Source of the DNA: Armatimonadota bacterium
Lineage (GTDB): Bacteria > Armatimonadota > SYMT01
DNA: 64,000 nt
Assembly (NCBI GenBank): GCA_041690135.1
Contig: JAWLHY010000018.1
Span: 32,001-96,000 of the forward strand
Direction of reading: 5' to 3'
Positions within the stretch are counted from its first letter, which is position 1, and each line of letters starts with the position of its first letter. Below, one piece after another: positions 20,123 through 30,112 of the stretch. The position numbers were made by a program, and so were the translations under genes. Under the pieces are notes generated by a model. That model did not search any database and was not told the DNA's origin. It saw only the letters and a program-made list of their open reading frames with translations.

Positions 20123-20483
20123 GCGGGTGCGCTACACCTTCTTCTATGACGAGGATTGTGGCATGTGAGCGCGGTTTGCGCGCTGGTTGGCGCGCGCCGC
20201 AGGCTCTCGGGTTAGGGTCAGCCCACTGGGGGGACCGGAGGCCGACCGGGTTCTTGCCGGTATTGATTCGGTCGAGCGTTACCGCCAGGCCTGGGGCACG
20301 GACGGCACGCGCCTGTACGCCGCCGACCGCTCCGTCTGGGAGGCACTTTACCGGGTTCCTGGCGGCTGGTTGCTGCGCTCCCTTCGTTTTATCCCCGGAT
20401 TTACCTGGGTCAGCCCAAGAGTCTACCGCTGGGTAGCGGAACACCGCTCCCCCGCATGTCGGCTCAAGAACAGCGCGGAATGA
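20115..20483 (+). CDS. DCC1/DUF393-family thiol-disulfide oxidoreductase, probable selenoprotein (CxxU, TGA at 20166-20168), 122 aa
   Basis: RBS GGAGGAGG at 20101-20108 and GTG at 20115. Reads MGERVRYTFFYDEDCGM-TGA-ARFARWLARAAG in frame into track ORF 20187-20483, which ends in YRWVAEHR. Matches the DCC family YDxxCxxC and YxxxAxxR motifs. SECIS-like hairpin follows. Confidence 0.88.
20169..20200 (+). promoter_or_regulatory. Putative bacterial SECIS element
   Basis: gcgg/ccgc lower stem, U-G pair, UU bulge, gcgcgc/gcgcgc upper stem, U-G closing pair, apical loop GGUU (20185-20188) beginning 16 nt after the UGA. Confidence 0.75.
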
Positions 20484-20571
20484 AGGGCCGGTTTCAGTTC
20501 CTCCCGTGCTGTGGGTTTTCTCGCACCAGGAGCCTGAACTGCGAATCGGTCGACCGTATTCCCTTCCTCCT

Positions 20572-20610
20572 TCGCGTCTCTCCGTGTTCTACTCCGTGTC
20601 TCCGTTGTGA
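20572..20610. repeat. Short imperfect ctccgtgt-type tandem repeat
   Basis: ctctccgtgttctactccgtgtctccgttgtga in the intergenic region. Confidence 0.45.
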
Positions 20611-20772
20611 GGTTCGGAGTCGGTTCGGGCATCTGCACAGACGGTTCCGGTCGTGGCACTGCCGACAATAGGCCGGGGTAATCCCCACCCGGCGCGACAA
20701 CTGTTGCGCTCCGGTGTATCATGATCCTCCACGTCCAATTGCCGGGCCTCCGGCGAGCCAGGTTTAGACGCG

Positions 20773-21639
20773 ATGCGCATTATCGACTGCTTCGGCAACG
20801 GCCGCCCCGTGTTCTCCTTCGAGTTCTTCCCTCCGAAGACGGAGGAGGGGCTCCACAACCTCTATAGCACCATCGGGTATCTTGCGGAGTTGAACCCCTC
20901 CTTCGTTTCCGTGACCTACGGGGCGGGCGGCAGCACGCGCGATCTTACGGTGGATCTTGTGGGCCGGATCAAGGCGGAGATCGGGTTGGAGACGATGGCG
21001 CATCTCACCTGCGTGGGGCACAGCGCGGAGGAGATTGCCGGGGTGTTGGACCGGTTGCAGGGCAACGGAATCGAAAACGTCCTCGCCCTGCGCGGAGATC
21101 CGCCCCGGGGTGAAACCCAGTTCGTGCGCCCGGAGAACGGTTTCGGGTACGCCCAGGAGTTGGTGCGGTTCATCCGCTCGCGCTACGACTTCTGCGTGGC
21201 GGGTGCATGCTACCCGGAACGTCACCCGGAAGCCGCGGATGCCGAAACCGACCTGGCCCACCTGAAAGAGAAGGTCGACGCCGGCGCGGAGTTCCTGGTC
21301 AGCCAGCTCTTTTTCGATCCGGCCGTGTACTTCCGTTTCGTGGAGAGGGCTCGCGCCATCGGCATCACCGTGCCCATCCTGCCGGGCATCATGCCGGTTA
21401 CCAACGTAAGCCAGTTGGAGCGGTTCACCACGATGTGTGGCGCGAGCATTCCGGAAGAGTTGCGCGACCGGCTGGATCGGGTGCGGAATGACGAGCAGGC
21501 GGTCGTGTGCGAAGGAATCTCCTGGGCTACCCGGCAGTGCCGCGAATTGCTGGAAGGCGGCGCGCCCGGCATCCACTTCTACACCCTTAACCGTTCGCTC
21601 TCAACCCGAATGGTGTACCTGAACCTTCAGCGGTCCTGA
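20773..21639 (+). CDS. metF: 5,10-methylenetetrahydrofolate reductase
   Basis: SFEFFPPKT, FVSVTYGAGGST, AHLTC, LALRGDPP, YPE.HPE, SQLFFD, HFYTLN. Confidence 0.97.
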   Translation: MRIIDCFGNGRPVFSFEFFPPKTEEGLHNLYSTIGYLAELNPSFVSVTYGAGGSTRDLTVDLVGRIKAEIGLETMAHLTCVGHSAEEIAGVLDRLQGNGIENVLALRGDPPRGETQFVRPENGFGYAQELVRFIRSRYDFCVAGACYPERHPEAADAETDLAHLKEKVDAGAEFLVSQLFFDPAVYFRFVERARAIGITVPILPGIMPVTNVSQLERFTTMCGASIPEELRDRLDRVRNDEQAVVCEGISWATRQCRELLEGGAPGIHFYTLNRSLSTRMVYLNLQRS

Positions 21640-21822
21640 GCGGAGTGGACCCCGAGTAAGCACTGGGCAGCCGATAAGGCCGGTTGGGGCAGAGATACCG
21701 AACGACCACCGCGGCGGGCGAGATGCCCGCCGCACTCTACCCCATGGGCCTTCCTCTCACTCCTACTCCGCTGCTCTCATCCACTCACCCCTCCGTCACT
21801 CACCTCTCTCCCTCACCAGGCA

Positions 21823-23325
21823 TCACCATGGAAACCGGACTTCCGCTAGAACTCCGTCCCCATGGGTAAGGGAGAAGCGACCGTTGAGATCCCGCTCGGC
21901 GAGGATCCGTACCACGTCCAGTCCCACGTGCGAGTCCCGGTTCATGTCGAATCCTGGGGGTAATCCGGGGCCGTTGTCCTGCACCCGAAGCACCAACTCC
22001 TCCCCCTCCTGGTAGAGGGTCACGTAGAGCTTTCCGCCCGCCGGGCCCGGGCACGCATGCCCGGCGGAGAAGGCATGCTTGAAGGCGTGCTTGGCGGCGT
22101 TGGTGATCAACTCATTGAGGATCAGGGCGAGGCTGGTCGCCTTTTTGGACGACAAGGGAAACTGTGGTACTTCCAGCCGCAGATCGACCCCGCCGGTATC
22201 GGGCATGCTACTGCGGAGCGCCATCGGCACGAGTGCTTCCGTCAATTCGCGTGTGTCCACGATGCGGACGTCCCGGTCCTGAGAGAGGAGATCGTGGACG
22301 AGGGCGATCGCCTGGATTCGGTCCATGCTTTCACGCAGGGCTTCGGTTCCCTTCGCGCCGTTGTTGGAAGCCAGTTCCAGGTACAGCAGGTCGGTGATCG
22401 CCTGCAGGTTGTTCTTGATGCGGTGGTGCGCCTCGCGTACCGAAAGCTGAAGCTGTTCGCTCTTTTCCCGTTCGCTGGCCAACAGGCGCTCCCGTTCCGC
22501 CTCCGCTTTCTTACGCTCGGTGATGTCGCTGACCACCCCGAGAAAGCCGGTGATGCCGCGCTTCTTCTCGTGCAACGCCGTCACCGACAGGAGGACGGGG
22601 AAGCGGCTCCCGTCGCGCCGGACGTAGGTCCACTCGCGCTCTTCAATCTCGCCGCGCCGGGCCCGCGCTACCAACACCTCGAATCCGGGGGCGACGGGAT
22701 CCCCCAATGCTTGCGACAGCTCCGCCGCGCGCGCTGCAACCTCCGCGGGATCGTGCCACGCCGCCGGGGTCATCTTGCCGATGACCTCCTCCTCCGTGTA
22801 ACCCAGCCAGCGCTGTGCGGCCGCGTTGAAGGTGCAGACAATCCCCTCGGGAGAGGTGGCGATGATGGCGTAGTTGGCGCTGTCCAGGATGGCGCGCTGG
22901 AGAGTCGTCACCTCGCGCAGGGCGACTTCAGCCCGCTTGCGTTCAATGGCGTAGCGCATGGACCGCGCCAGGGCTCGTCCGTCCATGCAGCCCTTGACCA
23001 GGTAGTCCTGGGCCCCGCGCTGCATGGTGGTGACCGCCAGTTCCTCGTCGTCCAGACCCGTCAACACCACAATCGGCAGGTCGGGCATGGCTCCGCTCGC
23101 GCGGAGTACCGTATCGATGCCCTGGCTGTCCGGGAGTGAGAGGTCGAGCAGCATCACGTCGAATCGCTCCCGCTCCAGGCGCTGCAATGCGGGACCGAGT
23201 TGATCGACGGTGCAGAGCTCGAACCGGCGTTCTCCCAATTCGTCCAGCTCGATCTGAATGAGCCGGGCGTCCCCCGGATTGTCTTCCACGAGCAAGACGT
23301 GAAAGGGGCTCTCGCTGCCGCTCAC
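21823..23325 (-). CDS. REC-PAS-histidine kinase of the HisKA_2/HWE-like class
   Basis: N-terminal receiver (VEDNPGD, LDLSLPD, DYLVK), PAS ([11 protein letters not shown]), [28 protein letters not shown]. Confidence 0.9.
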   Translation of the reverse strand: MSGSESPFHVLLVEDNPGDARLIQIELDELGERRFELCTVDQLGPALQRLERERFDVMLLDLSLPDSQGIDTVLRASGAMPDLPIVVLTGLDDEELAVTTMQRGAQDYLVKGCMDGRALARSMRYAIERKRAEVALREVTTLQRAILDSANYAIIATSPEGIVCTFNAAAQRWLGYTEEEVIGKMTPAAWHDPAEVAARAAELSQALGDPVAPGFEVLVARARRGEIEEREWTYVRRDGSRFPVLLSVTALHEKKRGITGFLGVVSDITERKKAEAERERLLASEREKSEQLQLSVREAHHRIKNNLQAITDLLYLELASNNGAKGTEALRESMDRIQAIALVHDLLSQDRDVRIVDTRELTEALVPMALRSSMPDTGGVDLRLEVPQFPLSSKKATSLALILNELITNAAKHAFKHAFSAGHACPGPAGGKLYVTLYQEGEELVLRVQDNGPGLPPGFDMNRDSHVGLDVVRILAERDLNGRFSLTHGDGVLAEVRFPW

Positions 23326-23768
23326 TGGTCCGGCAGCCTGACAATGGTGAACCAGAAGTCCTGAATCGACCGTACAACTTCAATGAACTGATCGAAATCG
23401 ACCGGCTTGGTCACGTAGCAGTTCGCGTGCAGGTCGTAGGCGCGGAGGATATCCTGTTCCGCGCTGGAGGTGGTCATCACCACCACGGGGATGCGCCGAA
23501 GCGTGTCATCTTTCTTGATTTCGGCCAGTACCTCCCGGCCGTCCTTCCGTGGCAGGTTCAGGTCGAGCAGGATCACATCCGGGCGTGGCGCGTCTGCATA
23601 CTTCCCCTGGCGGTGCAGGAACTCCATAGCTTCCACGCCGTCTCCCACGCGATGGAGGCGGTTGCGGATCTTGCCCTCCCGCAGGGCTTCCTGGGTCAGG
23701 CGGACATCGCCGGGGTTGTCCTCAACCAGGAGAATTTCTACCGGCCTTCCGGCGTCTCCACTGCTCAC
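23322..23768 (-). CDS. Single-domain response regulator, Rcp1-like
   Basis: [48 protein letters not shown]. Confidence 0.93.
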   Translation of the reverse strand: MSSGDAGRPVEILLVEDNPGDVRLTQEALREGKIRNRLHRVGDGVEAMEFLHRQGKYADAPRPDVILLDLNLPRKDGREVLAEIKKDDTLRRIPVVVMTTSSAEQDILRAYDLHANCYVTKPVDFDQFIEVVRSIQDFWFTIVRLPDQ

Positions 23769-26275
23769 TCGTGTTGCCCTCCTCGATGGGGGATGGTGAA
23801 AAAGAAGGTTGTCCCTTCTCCCAACTGCGATTCCAGCCAGATTCGGCCGCCATGCCTCTCCACGATCCGCTTGCAGATCGCGAGGCCGATGCCCGTACCG
23901 GGATAGTCCGTTCGGCTGTGGAGCCGCTGAAAGATCAAGAAGATCCGCTCGGCGTACTGCGGCTCGATGCCGATACCGTTATCTCTAACGGAGAATACCC
24001 ACTCGTCCCCCTGCTGCGCGGCGCTCACATGGACTCTCGGCGGATCTTCGCCGTGGAACTTCACTGCGTTGCTGATGAGGTTCTGGAACAACTGACCGAT
24101 CTGGGTCCCATCCGCCAAAATCGTCGGCAGCGGCTCGTGGGTCACCGTTGCGCCGTTCTCCTCCAGCGTCGTTTGCATCCCGAACAGGACGCGGCTCAAC
24201 ACCGCCTCGCAATCCGTGGGGGCGAACTCCTTACCCATTCTGCCCACCCGCGAATAAGCCAGCAGGTCGTTGATCAGGTCCTGCATGCGCCGGACACCGT
24301 CCACGGTGTACCCGATGAACTCGTCGGCGTCCGCGTCCAGTTTGCCGCGGTAACGTCTTGCCAGCAACTGGGTGTAGCTGGCGACCATCCGCAGGGGTTC
24401 CTGGAGATCGTGGGAGGCGACGTAGGCGAACTGCTCCAGTTCCGCGTTGGAGCGGGCCAACTCCCGTGCCTGGCGTTCCAGTTCGCGTTGGGCCTCGCGA
24501 CGCTCGGTAATGTCGCGAATGGCGCCGGTTACCAGCACGCCTTCATCAGTTTCCAGGGGGCTCAAGCTGATCTCTACCGGGAACTCCGATCCGTCCTTCC
24601 GACGGCCGAACAGTTCCACTCCCAGGCCCATCGGTCGGGGCCTCGGTTCGCGGAAGTAGCCCGCTCGGTGCTCCAGGTGGCGTTCCCGGAACCGCTCCGG
24701 CAAGAGCAACTCGATTTCCTTGCCCAGCATCTCTTCGCGGCTGTAACCGAACATTCGCTCCATCTGCGTATTGACCAGTACGATGCGGCCGTTGCGGTCG
24801 GCGATCACCATCGCATCCGGAGCGGACTCCAGTAGGGCGCGGAAACGCTCTTCCGCCTTCTTCCGCTCGGTAATGTCGCGGATCACACTGATCACTACGG
24901 AGCCGTCCCCGTTCCGCAGTTTGCTGGGGCTAAGGCTGATTTCCACCGGGAACTCGGAGGCATCCTTCCGGCGAGCCAGCAGGGCCAGGCCGGCGCCCAT
25001 GGGGCGGGTGCGAGGATCTGCATGGTAGGAATCTCGCTGCTGCGCGTGCCCGGGCCGGAAGCGGTCCGGTATCAGCACCTCGATCGGCTGCCCGATGAGC
25101 TCGTCGCGGCCATACCCGAACTGCCGTTCCACCTGTCCATTGATGAGTACGATCCGCCCCTGCCGGTCGACGATGATAATCCCGTCGGGTGCGGATTCCA
25201 GCAAGTCGCGGAATTGTTCTTCCGCGGCTTCCGCCGCCGCGCGTGAGGCCTGTTCACGAGCGAGGAGCCGGGCGGCTGCGATCCATACCGACGCCTGGTT
25301 CGCAAAGATCATCGCCAGGTCGAGTTCGTCCGGGTCCGGAGCCAGCGTCACGCCGTTGCGGTCGCCCACCAGGAAACCGATTTCCTCGTCGTGCGCCCCG
25401 AGCGGTACGGCCACGGCGCTATAGACCCCCGCGCGCGCCGCCATATCCCCCGGCAGCAACCCCTCCCCTACCGGGTCCGCGCTCACCGCTACCTGGCCTT
25501 CGCAGGCCACGGTGGTGGCGAGGGGAAGTTCTTGCAGCGATTCCCGGATTCCCAGCAGGTCCGGATCGAAGCCGTGGACGGCCGCTACCTCGATTTCGCC
25601 CGTATCCCGGTTCCAGAACAACACCGCGGTTCGCTCGAGTTCCAGAAGCTGTGCCATTCGTTCCGTTACCAGGCGCAGCACGTGTGGAACGTCCGGCGCC
25701 GGTCCCAGGTCCTGGCTACACTGGTGGAGCGCGGAGAGGTAGCGGATCTTTCGCTGCGCAGCGCCGTAGAGTTCGGCATTGGCGACGGCCAACCCGATCT
25801 GGTTGACGAGCGCCAGCAAGAGCTCCTGGTCCCCTTGCGAAAAGTCGCGCACCTCTTTCGCGGCCATGGTGAGCGTTCCGAGAAGCATGCCCCGGTTGAG
25901 CAGGGGGGCACAGATGAAGGTGCGGTAACCATGCCGGGTCCAGGGAGATTCCTCTTGTGGTGTGTTCTGCAAATCTTCGAGCACCACCATGGACCGTCGC
26001 TGCGCGGCCAGGCCGATGACGCCGTCGCCGATACGGAACGTGTGCGAGAGTTCTTGTGCCAGTCTCACCGGAAGGCCCGAAAACGTCGCAAGGCGCAGCT
26101 TGCCTGTGGTCGGCTCGAGTAGCCGAACTGCGCCGCTGGGAAAGGCGAAGGCACCCAGCACCTCCTCCAGCGCGCGCGTCAGCACACCTTCCAGATTGAG
26201 GGAGGCGCTGATCGTGTTGGAGATGCTGAAGAAGGCCTCCAGGGTGGCCTGGGTGTTTGGCTCGCGGGGATTCAC
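23765..26275 (-). CDS. Soluble GAF-GAF-PAS-PAS histidine kinase with a Cph1-type kinase module
   Basis: Two GAF domains, two PAS domains ([16 protein letters not shown]), [38 protein letters not shown]. Confidence 0.92.
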   Translation of the reverse strand: MNPREPNTQATLEAFFSISNTISASLNLEGVLTRALEEVLGAFAFPSGAVRLLEPTTGKLRLATFSGLPVRLAQELSHTFRIGDGVIGLAAQRRSMVVLEDLQNTPQEESPWTRHGYRTFICAPLLNRGMLLGTLTMAAKEVRDFSQGDQELLLALVNQIGLAVANAELYGAAQRKIRYLSALHQCSQDLGPAPDVPHVLRLVTERMAQLLELERTAVLFWNRDTGEIEVAAVHGFDPDLLGIRESLQELPLATTVACEGQVAVSADPVGEGLLPGDMAARAGVYSAVAVPLGAHDEEIGFLVGDRNGVTLAPDPDELDLAMIFANQASVWIAAARLLAREQASRAAAEAAEEQFRDLLESAPDGIIIVDRQGRIVLINGQVERQFGYGRDELIGQPIEVLIPDRFRPGHAQQRDSYHADPRTRPMGAGLALLARRKDASEFPVEISLSPSKLRNGDGSVVISVIRDITERKKAEERFRALLESAPDAMVIADRNGRIVLVNTQMERMFGYSREEMLGKEIELLLPERFRERHLEHRAGYFREPRPRPMGLGVELFGRRKDGSEFPVEISLSPLETDEGVLVTGAIRDITERREAQRELERQARELARSNAELEQFAYVASHDLQEPLRMVASYTQLLARRYRGKLDADADEFIGYTVDGVRRMQDLINDLLAYSRVGRMGKEFAPTDCEAVLSRVLFGMQTTLEENGATVTHEPLPTILADGTQIGQLFQNLISNAVKFHGEDPPRVHVSAAQQGDEWVFSVRDNGIGIEPQYAERIFLIFQRLHSRTDYPGTGIGLAICKRIVERHGGRIWLESQLGEGTTFFFTIPHRGGQHE

Positions 26276-26508
26276 GGGTTCTACTCGCTGCTACAATGCC
26301 GGACCTCCCTTTCAGAGTGCCCGGCTTGTACCCTTAACTTTCGGGGGAAAACGGATTAAAATAGCGGAAAGTCGCGCTCGTGTATTTTTTCACAAAGGAC
26401 TTGCCGGGCGCAATTCACAGATTTGCGGTTCCAGGGTAGCGATTTTGCCGCCCGCTGGGGATATGACTTCCCAGGACCGCGCTCATCGTGCGGTCAGAGG
26501 TACTCGAT

Positions 26509-27642
26509 ATGGCATTGGTCACTCTAGGAGGGCTCGCTCGTCAGGCGCGCCAGGCGCCCGTACAGGAGCCACTCCCTGATTACTATTTCGACGCTTCGGA
26601 CGAAGAGACCCATGAGAAGATCGGCGTGGCACGCGCCACGCTAGGGGATCGGGTCGTTATCCTGGGCCACCACTATCAGCGCGACGAGATCATCCGCTGG
26701 GCGGACTATATCGGGGACTCTTTCAAACTGGCCCAGTATGGCGCTCAGCGGAAGGACGCGGACTACATCGTCTTCTGCGGCGTGCACTTCATGGCGGAAA
26801 GCGCGGACATCCTCGCGGCGGACCACCAGCACGTCATCCTGCCGAATATGACGGCTGGTTGCTCGATGGCCGATATGGCGGATATCTACCAGGTGGAAGA
26901 TGCCTGGGCCGCCCTGACGCGGGTCATTTCCGACAAAATCATCCCCATCACCTACATGAACTCCGCGGCCAACCTCAAGGCATTCGTGGGGGAGCGGGAC
27001 GGCGCGGTTTGCACTTCGTCCAACGCCCGCACCGTGCTGACCTGGGCCTTCGAGCGGGGCCGGAAGGTGCTCTTCTTTCCGGATCAGCACCTTGGACGCA
27101 ACACCGCTTTGCGGATGGGTGTGCCTCCCGAGGAAATGGTCGTCTGGGACCCGTGGGCCCTGAACGGCGGCACCACGGAGGAAGCGCTGCGGAACGCGAA
27201 GGTGATCCTGTGGAAGGGCCACTGCTCGGTGCACGCCCGGTTTACCGTGGACCAGATCCGCGAGGCCCGCGAGCGCTATCCGGATATCCGGGTCATCGTC
27301 CATCCCGAGTGCGAACGGGAAGTCGTGGATGCCGCGGACGACTTCGGCTCGACGGAGAAGATCGTCAAGGTGGTCAACGAGGCCCCCGCCGGCACGAAGT
27401 TCGCCATCGGTACGGAGATCAACCTGGTCAACCGCCTGGCCCGCGAGCACCCGGACAAACTGATCTACTGCCTCGACCCGGTGGTCTGCCCCTGCAGCAC
27501 CATGTACCGGATTCACCCCGCCTATCTGCGCTGGGTGCTGGACAATCTGCTGGACGGGCGGGTGGTCAACGAGATCATCGTTCCCGACGCGATCAAGCAT
27601 TGGGCCCGCGTCGCTCTCGACCGTATGCTCGCCCTCGCCTAG
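26509..27642 (+). CDS. nadA: Quinolinate synthase
   Basis: ILGHHYQ, GDS.KL, FCGVHFMAE, AGCSMA, CTSSNA, FFPDQHLG, G.CSVH, HPEC, GTE, C.TM; RBS GAGG before ATG 26509. Confidence 0.97.
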   Translation: MALVTLGGLARQARQAPVQEPLPDYYFDASDEETHEKIGVARATLGDRVVILGHHYQRDEIIRWADYIGDSFKLAQYGAQRKDADYIVFCGVHFMAESADILAADHQHVILPNMTAGCSMADMADIYQVEDAWAALTRVISDKIIPITYMNSAANLKAFVGERDGAVCTSSNARTVLTWAFERGRKVLFFPDQHLGRNTALRMGVPPEEMVVWDPWALNGGTTEEALRNAKVILWKGHCSVHARFTVDQIREARERYPDIRVIVHPECEREVVDAADDFGSTEKIVKVVNEAPAGTKFAIGTEINLVNRLAREHPDKLIYCLDPVVCPCSTMYRIHPAYLRWVLDNLLDGRVVNEIIVPDAIKHWARVALDRMLALA

Positions 27643-27662
27643 GTTCGGCATAGGTCACCGCA

Positions 27663-27693
27663 CGGCCAAGGACTGCCTTGCAGTCCTTGGCCG
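27663..27693. terminator. Perfect 14-bp hairpin after nadA (terminator or REP-like)
   Basis: cggccaaggactgc-ctt-gcagtccttggccg with no U-tract. Confidence 0.5.
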
Positions 27694-28097
27694 GGCCCCG
27701 GGTGCACCGCATTTCACCTCGCCTCTTTGCCGAACCAATCCCTCCTCGGCCTCAGAACCGCGGTTTCGCGCGTCTCCATACCGCGCCCCCGGCTTCGCCT
27801 AACACAGTTGGAGCAGCGCAACTCCGCCCCCACTCTGCCCCCACTCTGCCCCAGGCGGACCTGTTGGCTACCCAGTCGCCGAGCCCGAGTGAACCGGGTC
27901 CGGCTGTGTACACCCACTCCGGGGCGCACTCTGGAGAGATGCGAGGCCAGAACCCACGTGCATCACGGTGTAAGTAACAGGGACGCATGACCCCGCCGGG
28001 TGCACCGAATGGGTCTCCATCGGTGGTGATCATCTCCCACGGCGAAAACCGATCTCGCTTGTGAACTGTCCCTTACACCTCACGCACAAACACGTGA

Positions 28098-29558
28098 CTA
28101 CCGCTTCCGGTACTGTGTCATTGCAACGCCCGCGGGACCTGCCACCACGAAGGTTGTGCTCTGCCACTCGTTGATCTTGCACCCGAGGGCCCGTCCCAAT
28201 GCTCGGGAGACCCAGACGGAGCCCAGGGCCGCAGGGAAACCAACATAGGGGTGTGGAGCCGCTAAAAAGCACACGGGCGCACACAGGATGCCCAGGGTGA
28301 TTCCAAAGTTGCCACAGGTGGTTTCCGCGTCTTCCGTATTTGCGCCAATCAACCCGATGATTGCGTACAAGACCGGCCCGAGCGCCAGCCCCATAGCGCA
28401 GACGGTAAGGATGAGCGGCATCATTCGGCCGAGTTGGGACGCGGAAGTAACCAGCATGAAAAGCAGAAACGCATACACGGCGACGGCCAAGCCCCACCAC
28501 ACGCCCATGCCCATGCCCGCCAGGTAACAGTGGCCGTTCTGCTCGCCCTTCGTCATCGCCAATTCGGGGGCGTCCACTGCGGCCACTACCGCCCCTCCGC
28601 TCCCGGTGGCCAGGTGTGGACTGGGTGGTGGTGGCGGAGCGGTCTGCCCAGATGCCAGCCCTCCCGGCGGGCTCGGCGGAGGCGCCCAATCCCCCAGGGG
28701 CTGCATGCCTCCCGGGGGGCCTCCCGGCGCGCTGGGTGGCGGGGGTGGCGGGGCCCAATCGCCCAAGGGTTGCATCCCTCCAGGCGGTCCCGACACGGGT
28801 GGAGGCGCTCCATAGGGGGAGGGAGCGCTCGGAGTCGGTGGAGCGACGCCGCCCAGAGGTCCGGCAACCGGAGGCGGTGCACCGTAGGGAGAAGCGGAAG
28901 CGGGGGGCGGCGGAGCGGCTCCCATAGCCGGATACTGGGGCGGTGGTGCGCTTCCTCCTGGATTGGCTTGCGGTGGCGGCGGAGCCGAATAGGCCTGTGA
29001 TCCGGGAATCGCGAAATCGCCTAGCCCGGCCGGGGCGGCCGGGCTCCCGGAAGCTGGGGCTGATGCAGCGGCCGGGGGAGGATAGGCAGGCGGTTTGGCC
29101 GGAGTTGCGGCCGGGGGAGGATAGGCAGGCGGGTTGGCCGGAGTTGCGGCCGAAGGTGGATAGGCGGGCGGCGTCGCCGCCTGGGAAGGGACGCCTCTGG
29201 GTGCGGTCGCGGGCTCGCCCAACCGGCTCAGGGCCTGGCGCGCCTTTTCATGGTTGGCGTCCAGCACCAGGCACTGGCGGTAAGAGGCGACGGCTTCCTC
29301 CCGCTTTCCGCATTTTTCCAGGGCCATTCCCAGGTTATAGCGGATAGGAGCGGAGAGGGGCGCCAGTTGGCTCGCCTTGCCGAAGGCTTCCACGGCCTGC
29401 TGCGGCATGTTCAATTGGCCGTACGCGGCCCCGAGGTAGGCATGGGCTTGTGCATCCTGCGGGTTTTGCTGGACTGCCTGCGCGAGATGCTGCAGCGCTG
29501 TTTTGGGGTCTCCGGCCTGAAGGGCCTGGACGCCCGCATTGCGACTTGTTTCCGACAT
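28098..29558 (-). CDS. TPR-repeat protein with a long Pro-rich linker and C-terminal TM helices
   Basis: N-terminal TPRs (P.DAQAHAYLGAAY, YNLGMAL), about 200 aa of Pro/Ala/Gly-rich sequence, about 4 hydrophobic helices. Confidence 0.8.
   Translation of the reverse strand: MSETSRNAGVQALQAGDPKTALQHLAQAVQQNPQDAQAHAYLGAAYGQLNMPQQAVEAFGKASQLAPLSAPIRYNLGMALEKCGKREEAVASYRQCLVLDANHEKARQALSRLGEPATAPRGVPSQAATPPAYPPSAATPANPPAYPPPAATPAKPPAYPPPAAASAPASGSPAAPAGLGDFAIPGSQAYSAPPPPQANPGGSAPPPQYPAMGAAPPPPASASPYGAPPPVAGPLGGVAPPTPSAPSPYGAPPPVSGPPGGMQPLGDWAPPPPPPSAPGGPPGGMQPLGDWAPPPSPPGGLASGQTAPPPPPSPHLATGSGGAVVAAVDAPELAMTKGEQNGHCYLAGMGMGVWWGLAVAVYAFLLFMLVTSASQLGRMMPLILTVCAMGLALGPVLYAIIGLIGANTEDAETTCGNFGITLGILCAPVCFLAAPHPYVGFPAALGSVWVSRALGRALGCKINEWQSTTFVVAGPAGVAMTQYRKR
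29068..29172. repeat. In-frame 39-bp tandem repeat (about 2.7 copies) encoding PPAYPPPAATPAx
   Basis: gcggccgggggaggataggcaggcgg(t/g)ttggccggagtt starting at 29068 and 29107, with a diverged partial copy at 29146. Confidence 0.85.
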
Positions 29559-29634
29559 GATGGGCTACACTCCCCAGTGTTAGCGAAAGCTGAGAATGCC
29601 TTCGCCAACCAACCGCGAACCTCCTTTCTTAATA

Positions 29635-30027
29635 ATGACGGAAGAGCTCAATTTCGGATACGCGCTAGACCGTTGGGTGGAATTGTTCAACACCGGGGCA
29701 TACTACGAGGCGCATGAAGTCGCTGAAGAAGTGTGGCATCGAGCCGCAGAGCCGGAGAAGACCTTCTTCAAAGGCCTGATTCACGCGGCCGTTTCCCTCT
29801 GCCATCTCACCCGGGGCAACGCTCACGGCGCACGGGTGAAGTACCACTCCTGCTGTCGCTACCTTTCGATCTACCGTCCCACCTGGGCCGGGCTGGACGT
29901 GGACGCGCTCCTCCGCGAGTTAGAGAGCTATCTCACTCCTCTGCTCGTCTTGCCCCCAGGCTCCCCCATCCCGGAACTTGGCCCCCACCCTCCCCAGGCC
30001 ACTTTTACTTCAGCGCCCACCGGATAA
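29635..30027 (+). CDS. DUF309 domain protein
   Basis: LFN.G.YYEAHEV.E..W and KGLI..AV...H..RGN..GA. Confidence 0.88.
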   Translation: MTEELNFGYALDRWVELFNTGAYYEAHEVAEEVWHRAAEPEKTFFKGLIHAAVSLCHLTRGNAHGARVKYHSCCRYLSIYRPTWAGLDVDALLRELESYLTPLLVLPPGSPIPELGPHPPQATFTSAPTG

Positions 30028-30112
30028 CAGTGCTCCATTTCACAGCCCTGCCCTGCGGCTACACCGCCAAGTTTGGGTATTACCGGCCGTAAGGGAGTTT
30101 GGAGCTAAACAA

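Noticed and set aside
20484-20772. SAM or SAH riboswitch expected upstream of metF
   Set aside because: No SAM-I or SAH consensus recognisable by eye; an Rfam scan would settle it
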